Source: the human T2T-CHM13v2.0 reference genome, Homo sapiens. From it: 64,000 bases of DNA. Below the pieces are notes generated by a model. The model did no database searches, was not told the DNA's origin, and worked only from the letters and a program-made list of their open reading frames with translations. Position numbers and translations under genes: made by a program. Where the stretch lies: NCBI RefSeq assembly GCF_009914755.1, contig NC_060944.1. One strand, given 5' to 3'. Each line of letters starts with the position of its first letter. Within the stretch, counting starts at the first letter, position 1. This document shows positions 14,051 to 28,600 of the stretch, one piece after another.

Positions 14051-14247
14051 GTTGCTAAAAATTAGTCATGGGTGACATTATAAACAAGACTACAAATAAA
14101 CAATGAGTGGCTCCCATCAACTAAGTACTACAGACGATTAATACCACAAGGCCACCCCAACTGCCTGATGACAATGGGTTAGTAAACTGGGAAATAACTT
14201 GGAAAAAACCATAAAAGATGTTGGCTTCATCTGTAGAAAACACTTAC

Positions 14248-14333
14248 CCTGGCATGTTTTATTTCCAGTTCAGACATTTCAATTAGATTCTTTCTAAATG
14301 CTGCCACTCTCTTCCGTTTGAAATTTATCAGTT
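14248..14333 (-). CDS. SNX5: SNX5 coding exon 12 (ELINFKRKRVAAFRKNLIEMSELEIKHAR)
   Basis: TAG/GTAAGT boundaries, 86 nt. Confidence 0.96.
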
Positions 14334-14699
14334 CTACAGGAAGAAAAAATGTTTATGAAACCAAGAAAAACTAAACAATTTTCATGTTCACTTTAACTAC
14401 CAAATGGCATTCTTACAAATGGTCTCCAATGCTTTCAGGCACCAGCATTATTTCCTCACATTTGTATTATCTCTGTGACTGGGACACATCAGACATCTAT
14501 TAACTGTGGTGATACAGCTATCACTGTCTTTAAGTGGAAAACATCACTGAATCACCAAGCATCGTGAGTGGGAGAGCAGCAGCTTATGACTTGGAGAACA
14601 CGTTGATGAGCAGCCTCACTCTCACCCTCTAGGTACCAGTGACTGGGAACAGGGCTGGAGTATGGGTGGTGGTGAGCCACATACTTCACCAATGGCTTG

Positions 14700-15983
<1,284 letters not shown>

Positions 15984-17269
15984 TTTTTCATTTCATCTAC
16001 TCCTATTGCCATCAGAATTCGGCATTAATGACCCATTGGAAATTGGAACAAACCAAGAATATGCATGTCCGCCCTAATTCCTTCATTGAATTTGTGACAT
16101 CAAGTTCTGTCTTGCAGTTTTACTTGACTAAAACTTTGACCATCACCCAACCTTCTGCTGGTGCTCAAGTGTTCAGAGCAGACTCACCCTCCTTCCTGTC
16201 TCTACAGTGCTGTGCAAAAGAACTACAATACAAGCAGCCACATCCAAGTTAAAAAGTCACAAATTTCATAGTGATATGTCAAGTCTATAGTGCTTGCACT
16301 ACAAGGTGATGTTTATCAGTCCCTTGGATATCCTGGGTGAAGATAAGCTCCCTGCCTTCCTCTGGACCTACACACAGTACCAGGGCTCCATACACTTAAC
16401 TATTCACCTCCTGTGAAACCAGCCCTTACCCACTGACTCAACTCTAGTCGTCAGCTCAGCTGCAAGTCTCAGAAAGCACTTATACCAAAGGCAAACAGGT
16501 TAAGACCCACCAATCTCAGCATTCCACAGAATACTGTATTTTTAGATAGTGTACCTATCTGGCATTTTGAATATAGGATATAATCAATGTGGGCGAAAAC
16601 TTTAGGCAGTAAAGGTAGACCTGAATTGGCATCATTTTTTAAAGTTTTATGTTTTTTCTTCAATCTCCTCTAAAATTTCCAGAGCCATGAAACTGGCCTA
16701 TAAGATTTCAACTCAGTAGTTTTGAAGTGTGTACGTTTCCTTGAAAATTTTAGTTTTAAAAAAAAAAAAAAAGCTGTAATTGTTTCAGAAACAGGGTAGC
16801 ATGAAGGTTACTTTGGAAGAACCCAACACAGCCTCAGAGCCTGTCTACATGACATTTGCCAGGAAGCTCTGTGCCTTTGTGCCTTACAGTTAAGGCATTG
16901 TATTATAATCCTGAATAGACAGACAAATGATTAGAAATCTATAAAGTCTAGGTTTCCCCCAGGTAGCTTCAAACATGTTGATGAACACATCATTTCCCTA
17001 TGTCTAGATTACCCTACCACTGGGAAACAAGAAAGTTAGGAAAAAACTAAGTAAGATATGAATTTTTCATGGAAACACGCGTTAGGGGGTTGGGATTGAG
17101 TCCAACAGTGCCCCACTACAACTACTCACATTCTGGGTAATCCATTCCAACATTTGCTCTGACATGTTCCATGGCCCCTGAGAACCCCAGAGAAGATCCA
17201 CAGAATCCTCTTAGGTAAGGACTACATATTATACTCATGTTCAATAGAAATGGTGAAAGTCCTCTGCTC

Positions 17270-18590
17270 TAAGAGGTGAAATGGATAAGGCAAGAAAGAA
17301 CCCTATGGATGTGGACATGGACCGGACTTGTGATCCCTGAAACCTGCATGTGTGTGCAACGGCATATGTGTGCACACACACATACATTTCCTAGCTCAGT
17401 CCACTGAAGGGCACAGAAGCAGAGATACCCCGAAACGATGAGCATACTCAGATGCTGGTAACTGTTCCCAAAGAAAAAGAACCCTGGCTCCTTGAAGAAA
17501 TGGCCAGTTTCAAGGCTGGAGTAGAGAGTAAGATTAGCATGGCCTATCACTCTAAAAAAGACGGGTTAGGCTGTTACAACCACATGCCAGCTTAAAGGTG
17601 CTCCTATTGGCAAAGTCTGGACAGGCATCAAAAATAACTTGGTAATACAATAATGAATTCTAAACCATTTTAAAAACTGGGAGTCCATGACTCTAATAAA
17701 GATAAAGGAAATTTCTGAGAAAAGGGAAGGCTTTTTTGTAGTAGGATGACAAGTGCCAACTTGGGTAGGAAAGCTAGAGCTAGAGATGAGGGAAATCGTC
17801 TTTCTGCAATCGTCAGAGTAACAGCTGGTTTAGGCAAGAATCATTAATACATGCTAAACCTAGGGAGGAAGTTTGATGAAGACCAAGGTATTTGCATGGT
17901 CTTAAATTGCCTCACCACAGATTGATGGGGGTTAAAATAGTAACTACACAGTGGAGAAACTGGATTTGGATACTATCTAATTGAGTAATCAAAATTACCA
18001 CCACGAATGAAGGAGAGACACACTGTCCAATCAGAAGTGACACCCCAATAAGGGCATATTACTTCTATTCTGCCAGGAGCCCATAACCAGATCTAAACAT
18101 GAGGAAACCTACCAAAAGTCAGAAATACAGGATTTGTAAAGAGATTCTCTAAAAAGACTGATACTGTTAAAAACTAAGAACTATTCCAGAGTAAAGGAGA
18201 CTAATAGCTAAGACAACCAGATGCAATCCTAGACTGGATCTTGTAGAGGACATCAAGACAAACATGAAAATACAGAGAGCAGATTGTAGACCCAAAGTTA
18301 AGTTTATCACAGCAAACAACCATACTGTAACCATACAAGAGAATGTCTTCAGTCTTAGGAAATAAACCACAACGTTTTTAGGGCTAAAAGAAGCATGACA
18401 TATGCAACTTAATCTCCAATGGTACAGAAAAACCAGGTGTGTAACGTTTGTAAGCACGCAAAGCCATGAGGATGACTGTGCATGTGCAAGTGATAAGGCA
18501 GAGGGGTGAAGTGCTGACACTGGGTGAAGGATACATGGGTGTTTTTTGCACTATTTGTAGAACTTTTCTAAGTTTGAAATTATTTTCAAA
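17270..18590 (+). mobile_element. Ancient L1ME/L1MC-like 3' UTR fragment
   Basis: Degenerate L1M 3' motifs such as GGTGAAGGATACATGGG...TTGTAGAACTTTTCTAAGTTTGAAATT. Confidence 0.55.
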
Positions 18591-18623
18591 TTACAGTACA
18601 GAAAGAAGAATGTCCTGCTCAAC

Positions 18624-18783
18624 CTTCTTTTGCAGATTCGGAAAGTTGTTCAAATTTCTGGCAGCACTCCTGCTGGTGTGCCTCAGCCAACTTGACGTCT
18701 TTGCTCTTTAACCGGGCCTTATCCAGAGCTTTGTTTGAGTTCTCATAGTCAATGAGGGCTTTGGTGCGTCTGTATAAGAGATC
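18624..18783 (-). CDS. SNX5: SNX5 coding exon 11 (DLLYRRTKALIDYENSNKALDKARLKSKDVKLAEAHQQECCQKFEQLSESAKE)
   Basis: CAG/GTTGAG boundaries, 160 nt. Confidence 0.95.
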
Positions 18784-20026
18784 CTGGGAAAAAAATTAAC
18801 AGGTATACATACTAAGTATCTAAACCAGTCTAAAAAATAGCCCAAGTGCCAATGTACCACCTGAGATGTTAGTGGCAATAATCTACCTCTACACCTTCCC
18901 TCTCCCAGAGTATTTTTAAATCTCCAGCTTCGCAGGGATGAGCAATGCTGATAGCTTTGTTGAGAGCTTTTTTTAGAATTCCTTATATGAATCAAGTGAT
19001 TACTCAAGAGTGAAAACAGAAGGACTTTTTTTTCCAGTAATTCAGTAAATAAAGTTAACTTTAAAAATTAAATATTGTGTATCAGAGATAACTTGAAATA
19101 TACAGTCACTGCTGGGTAAGTCAAGTTGAGCGCTGCTAAAATACAACTGGGCAATGAAGTAGTAAGAAACATAACCCTACCCTGCAAATCCTGCTTCTGG
19201 TAATCTACCTTGGAGATCCACTTAGTCAGATATAAAGATTCTTTGCAATCTTACAACAGAGTAGAAGTTACTTTAGTATCTGAAATGAGCAATTATGATG
19301 TATAGATTACACATTTAAAACTAGGTGAAATAATAACTGATGGGTGAAACTACTAGGCCTATTTTTGTATATACTCAAATAATCGTAAGTGAGCTCTTAA
19401 TTCCATGAAAGTAGAAAATAGGCTATTAAAAAAGTATGTTTTTAAAAACTCCCAAGATTCAGAAAACATGCCAAAGGGCAAATTAACTAAAATAAAATTG
19501 CATGATGGGGGGAAAAATTTTTTTTACTCTTTTACTTTCTGATGACATTTCAGCCTTAGAGGGCATACAATCCTATCTAATTTTATTTTGCCTGATTTAA
19601 TACATTTCACATAAAATTAAAACATATTTGTTCAGGGCAATGCAGACAAAGCATGTTTCATTCCCAAAGGTTATTCTGCTTACCATTTTGTCCACATATA
19701 CATATAACGCTTCACGGCTCAAAGGCTGCAGGGATACTTGCAATTCAATAAAAACTCCCAAATCTTCTTTGCCCCAGAAACAGCCCTTTCTGCATGTTAT
19801 GTCCCACATCAATGACCTATAATCCCCCAAACTATTACCTGTCTACTTCACACAACCCATACAGTGCTGTCAGATACACAAGCTTTATGGATACAATGCC
19901 AGAAAGGCATGTCATTTATAAAAACAAGTCTGATAAATTCTTATTCTGCTCCTTTGTATAAAGAAACTTTTTAAACAGACTTCTGGTCCTGCACTGCTCT
20001 GAGAAGCTGAGCAACTCTCTTCCTAC

Positions 20027-20113
20027 CTTAGCAGCTTCAATGTTGAGCATGTAGTATCGGAGGAGCTCTGTTAGCTTCAAATCTTCATCTGATGAAACTC
20101 GACCCTCTACTTT
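20027..20113 (-). CDS. SNX5: SNX5 coding exon 10 (KVEGRVSSDEDLKLTELLRYYMLNIEAAK)
   Basis: TAG/GTAGGA boundaries, 87 nt. Confidence 0.96.
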
Positions 20114-20200
20114 CTATATAGAAAAGGAAAGGTCACCATCAAGGCAGAAAGCTATAGATTATAAAATATATATTATGAAGACCAACACAGAAATCCTTAC

Positions 20201-20240
20201 CCTTAGTTTTTCAAATAGCTCAGCAACCTTCAATAGGTAC
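20201..20240 (-). CDS. SNX5: SNX5 coding exon 9 (YLLKVAELFEKLR)
   Basis: CAG/GTAAGG boundaries, 40 nt. Confidence 0.95.
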
Positions 20241-20862
20241 CTGGAAATGTACATATAATTTTGGTTTAAGGTCTTAAATCATCTATAAAACATGATCTTA
20301 CCAGTGTGCAAGACAGGAATGGGTCAACTCAGGAGTCCTAGCCTTTGGTACTTTAGCATTAATTTAAAAGTAGTGCTCTCACTTCAACTGACCCCAAATA
20401 GTAGAGAAAATGGTCACAAAATTACACACATGTACAGCACCACACTCAGCCTCTTGGTGACCCTTCGGTCATCCTGCCATGCGCCCAAATATTCTTATTA
20501 AATGCCAATGCTGTGTAAACCAAGGTCGGTTTCTAATGAGCTATGCTATGGGCATCACAAAGCAGTAAATATGCTATTTAATTCATCATGGTTCTGCCAT
20601 TAGCCTTTCAATTTCGAGTCAGAAGTAGTATCACCTGTTTTGCCAAGCCTGGATGTTAAGTAAAATATTGTCTTACACCAGAAATGCCCAGGATGGAGAA
20701 ACTGAAACACATACATAAGTGCAGAGTGAAAATGGAAGGGTTTTTAATTAATGAATGAAGGTAATTTCAGAAAATTGTACATCAAAACAGCTGTGTGTCA
20801 GACTGGGGTCATTAAATTATTCTCATGACCACTATAACCAAATCTCTTCAAGGTCCAGGGCA

Positions 20863-20914
20863 GGGGCACATGTTCTCAGGATCTCCTGAGGCTGCATCAC
20901 AGGCCAAAAAAAAA
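20863..20914 (+). mobile_element. Retroposed 43-nt ERV1 (MER4-group) LTR hairpin fragment with A9 tail
   Basis: GGGCACATGTTCTCAGGATCTCCTGAGGCTGCATCACAGGCC + A9, flanked by 13-bp TSD AAGGTC(C/T)AGGGCA at 20850-20862 and 20916-20928. Confidence 0.75.
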
Positions 20915-21268
20915 GAAGGTCTAGGGCATTACCAGGCAAAATTGCAAGCACCAATTGCCAGGGGAAGATGCAAGATAAACTCTTACAAACTCCAAAACTA
21001 AAGAAAACAGGCTTTTAAGTGTGACAGAAACTACTGCTTTGACAACATTTACTGTATTTGTTTACATATAGAAGAGCCCAAGTCCCCTACAATTGTCTTA
21101 CAAGTGTCTTATGTCCAGAGAACATGTAAGATGAGTGCTAGAGACTTGTCTTACTGAGCTTGTAACTCCAGAGCAGGACCATGTAGTCACTACTCATTTA
21201 TGCTTTTAATTACACCACTCGGCACTCTTCAATTGGGTTAGGGGAAATGCTTTTCCAAAAAAACTTAC

Positions 21269-21344
21269 TTTTTGATGACTGTGGGCTCTTCTAAAGCCAG
21301 GCTATGTAAGCAGGCTGCGGTGTGGATATAGTCATCGGCAACAT
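21269..21344 (-). CDS. SNX5: SNX5 coding exon 8 (NVADDYIHTAACLHSLALEEPTVIKK)
   Basis: CAG/GTAAGT boundaries, 76 nt, after an 83-nt intron. Confidence 0.96.
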
Positions 21345-21427
21345 CTGCAGAAACAAGGACAAGTCTTTTTATCCAAACACAGCCAGGCTCATCAGCAAAG
21401 CTCTGACTAGCGGTAAATGATATTTAC

Positions 21428-21533
21428 TTTTATGAGATCTGGTCATTTTGTCAGCTTTCACACAAGAATCTTTGATCCTATTGTAATAGTTAATAAGGAA
21501 GTTCTTCTCTTGCTCAAAGAAGTCATCTACCTC
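21428..21533 (-). CDS. SNX5: SNX5 coding exon 7 (EVDDFFEQEKNFLINYYNRIKDSCVKADKMTRSHK), BAR domain
   Basis: TAG/GTAAAT boundaries, 106 nt. Confidence 0.96.
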
Positions 21534-22636
21534 CTAGAAGGAAGAAAAAAAGAACCAGACATTTCATGAAATATACTATCCCTGCAGCCTTTTACATTTA
21601 TCAATATAAAAATATATTGCTTAGAACATGGCATATAAACGTGAGTAAAGTTTAACCTCTACAGATCAGGGAATTACAAATTTACGATACTATTTCTTAA
21701 CCAAGGCTGGGAAAAATCAAGGGCTGGCAGAAAATGTCTACAGAAGAATCACTTAACAACCACCAGTAAAACTGGCACCCTAAGACACAGCAATTTTACA
21801 CTAGTACAATGGTTCTACCAGGTGGAACATGGCCACTTAGCCTTGGATACCTATCTGTGTGTGAATGAGGTTTTTTTTTCTCGATTGGTTTCAGACTGGG
21901 AGGAAATCCTGGTATCTGGTAGGCATTGGCCAAGGATGCCAATGCCAAATATCCCATAATGCATGGATACAGGACAGTCCCATACACCTTAAACTGGACC
22001 AAGTCTGAGTTTCCTAATTTCTGATGATGCCCTCTCTACTTAGCACCTGTATTCTGGGCTCCCTGGAGTGGCAAAGCCAGATACCAGACAGTAATTGTAA
22101 GGGTAACTCAGTTACAAAGGAATGAGAAGGCCCGAGAAGTAGTAAAGTAAATCATACCTCTAACGGTAACGGAAACGTTATTTTGTATTCTTGTCTTTGT
22201 GCTAACGCCTTGAAATCCAGTATGTAAATAAAATCTAAAGTTTGGTTCCTTAGTTGTGCCAGCTAGGTTGCATGTCAAGTGCTTCTCTATCACCTGTAGT
22301 TGGTGACCAAACTGGACAGTGTAGTTCTGAGAGTGGGATAAAATACTGATCTTGTACTTTATTTTAGAAATTAACTGAGTAATCTCCCTCCTTACAGAAA
22401 AGGAGAAAATGAAGCCAAGTGTGGAAAGGTTCAAGTTGCTTCTCCTGGGACAGAACAAGGTGCTCTGGGAAATAAGTGAAAATTGAATAAGTAGATGAAA
22501 ATTACCAAAATCTGAAGAACACTTACATGTCTTAAAAGTTAACCATTTGTTTCACAAGTATCTCTTTCAAAGAAACAAAAGGTCACCTATTCCCGATGAA
22601 GTAAAAAATTTTCTCCAACAGCCAAAGGTCACTTAC

Positions 22637-22732
22637 CTTAACTCCAGTAAAAAGGACTTCATCAGCACTTTTCACCACACTTTTGAAGAAGCCACCAAAC
22701 ATTTCTTTAGTATTTTTCCGCCTAACACTTAG
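22637..22732 (-). CDS. SNX5: SNX5 coding exon 6 (LSVRRKNTKEMFGGFFKSVVKSADEVLFTGVK)
   Basis: TAG/GTAAGT boundaries, 96 nt. Confidence 0.96.
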
Positions 22733-23078
22733 CTAAAAGAAGAAAATTCCAAAGAGTTTATATGGTATGGATTTTTCTAGATTCTCTTAAAGAAGTTCTG
22801 AGTAACATTTTAAGTAATCCTCTTTATCAGTACAGGCAAATGCATAAAGTATCTTTAATTCTGCCTTAACCTCCAAGCTTAAAACACCTAATGGCTAAAC
22901 CCAAACACAGGTAGGTCATCTCATTCTAAAAGGCTTGACAGATTTTGAAAGACTGACTAGAAGCTAAGTCTTAGTGGCTCTGAAATCCTTGGGAAAATTA
23001 CTGTTCTCTTCTATCCATATTAAGTAGCAAAAACCAAAACATGTTAAAAAGAAAAATAGCATAAAAGTCATAATTCGC

Positions 23079-23385
<307 letters not shown>

Positions 23386-23723
23386 TCAACAAAAAGCGTA
23401 GGTGGGAAGAAAATAAATTACACAAATTTTAATTTCCTTAAAATGAACTTAGTTAAGTTTGGAATTGTTATGAAATTAACTAAGGGATGTTTGGGACTGT
23501 TAATTTCTTAAAAAGAAACCTAGGTTTTGGAAGGGGAAAGAAGTCAAAATTTTCTTTAAGCAGAGTTTTACAAAAAATGACTTACAATGAAGGAAAAGCA
23601 GCATCTAAAAAGGTTTCCATTGTGTAAGAAATTCAAAACTTTAAAGCAGTAGAAACTATCAAGTACATTTTGAAAGTATAAACATTTGAAGTGGATTATC
23701 AAAATGGAATAAAAATGCCTTAC

Positions 23724-23847
23724 ATCCTGATCATATTCCAGGAAAACATGAAAGTTGCGATCTTTACTGAGAACAGGGTGAGAAGAAAGCCGCTGAAGAA
23801 AGACTTCATGGGAGGACACAGTCTTCTTAAACACAGCGAGATACTCA
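23724..23847 (-). CDS. SNX5: SNX5 coding exon 5 ([41 protein letters not shown])
   Basis: Lies within ORF 23568..23936; CAG/GTAAGG boundaries, 124 nt. Confidence 0.96.
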
Positions 23848-25131
23848 CTGAAAAGAGATGTGCACATGGCATTCAGTTGACACAGCTCAACTACCTGACC
23901 AATACCACTCCTGATTAATTCTATGGCCCTGCTCATGCCACCACATAAAACACTGCAACTGGACCAAACAGTATTTCAGTATAAACTGGTGTCTAGTTAG
24001 ATAATAAGGCAGTTGCCATTTTTGAATCTGTGGAATAAGACTATGGAGGAAAGCAATGTTGTAACTGGATTTGATGGGTCAAGTCCATGAGCTCCTAAAT
24101 CTACATGCAATTACTGTTACTTAGTAGCCACAGAACATTTGTTTCTTTAAAGCAATGAGAACCCTTTAACTGCAGCCTGAGTATACAGCATGAGTCTAAT
24201 GAAGCTAAAAGTTAACAAAAATTACAAAGCAGCTTTATCTCAACCTAGACATTAAAAGTCACCTTAAAATTCCTAACGGTAGAAACTTGGATCTGTTGTG
24301 TTCAGTGCCTCATTCCCCAGAGCTGGTCCCGAGAGCCACTCAAGTGTGTGCTAAATGCTTTCAGGGCCTGGAGGTTTGAGTGCTGCCCTAGATGACACAG
24401 GGGTTTGGAGAGGGGGAGCTGATGGTTGAAGAGGGGAGGAATGAGTACTTTTCAGCTAAGATGAGGAAATGCAAGGATGGATTCATAAGAAACTTTCCAA
24501 AAATCTATTTCTGTTTGAAAAAATTAAATGACAACCAGATTAAAATATACTTGCTGCCTGTAGACCTGGACTTCCTCTTTCAAATTATCTATGTGATGGT
24601 TACTGAGAATGCTACTCTATAACAGCACTATTTGGCCTGGCCCAGGGGCAGCTCACTATAATCTCAGCACTATGGGAGGCAAAGGCAAGCTGATCACTTG
24701 AACTCAGGAGTTCGAGACCAGCCGGGGCAACACATGACGAAACCCCCAACTCTCTAGTTTCTTCTCAACGTCTAGTAACCAAGCTTCCGAAAGAAAAGCT
24801 TTGTACATTATGAGCAATTTATAAAGGCACAAAAGTTTATTTCCTCACTGTGCCAGACCAGCATCCTTAATAAGTATGCCCTACATATGGGAAAAGACAA
24901 CTACTCTATCGGGTATTAGTGTCAATGGCCTCCAATGAATCAATGTGTGAAGTACAAAGACCATGTCCCACACTATGCAAGATGTATTACTAGTTTTAGA
25001 AAACGACGCTAGGGACCTAATTAAACAGCTGCACTTAAAACAAAATTAAGTCAGGTTCTTCTACTTATTTTTGTACACAGCACCACTTTTCTACTTCTCA
25101 AAAGACAGAGCCCACCAGGAAAATCCACTTA

Positions 25132-25305
<174 letters not shown>

Positions 25306-25817
25306 CTAGTTGGTGCCTCATTCTACTCTTGCTGGTCCACAGGAGACAACCACTCCACTCCTGTGGGGCTATTTAAAAGTCAACTCCTGTTTTTTCTTAA
25401 CCTTCCTTAACTCTTCTGGACATTTAAAATGAGGTGTCTTCCTGAGAGTTGCACATTCACTTTGATGGCAATCATTTGTTCAGTTTATCCATTATAGACA
25501 ATTGTTCAGAGCACAACAGTGTCTATACTGCTTCAGTGTTCGCCTAAAACTAGTACAACGAATGCTAAGCACCAAAGATGAGCCATCAAGATTATAAAGT
25601 GTTCAGTATTCCAAAGGAATTTTTTCCTAATCCCAAAGGATAATCAAGGACTCTAATTTTGAATGAAAGACATATCTAAATATAAGCTTCGGTATTAATT
25701 TTGTTTAATGATTAAGCAATCATCATTTGGAGAGCTTCTTCAGTCTGCCTGGCAGGACAAAACGCGTGGAAATCTCCTTTAAAATCAGTTAAGTCTGTTC
25801 CTGCCGCCAAGAAATAA

Positions 25818-27213
<1,396 letters not shown>

Positions 27214-27577
27214 CCAAATTCTATTTTTGTAAGTCTGAATTTACCCCCCACCCCCAACTTATGACAAAAAAGAAAAATAAATTTTAAAAAAACCTCTTAG
27301 CTGTAACTTACTATGGTTCTAAAAATTGTCCCTGGCTTCCTTCCTTTTCACTCCAGTGAATGCTGATTTTACCTCCTTTGATCTGGTAAGCTCAGGCAGA
27401 GAATTATGTCACCAGTCTTTTTACACTACCTCCGGAATAACTGAAGTGTGCTATTCAAGCCGCCCAGGCGTTAAGAAAAAACCACATGGGAAAGGTCTTT
27501 CCCAATTTAGTAAATGCTGAAAAAAAGCAAGCTACAGAGACAAACTTCCCTTGGATGCAAATTAAAAACAAAGCTGG

Positions 27578-28600
<1,023 letters not shown>

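Noticed and set aside
20436-20598. Possible second C/D snoRNA (ATGATGA at 20583-20589, CTGA at 20446-20449, minus strand)
   Set aside because: Terminal stem register does not fit a canonical K-turn and no rRNA/snRNA guide is recognisable
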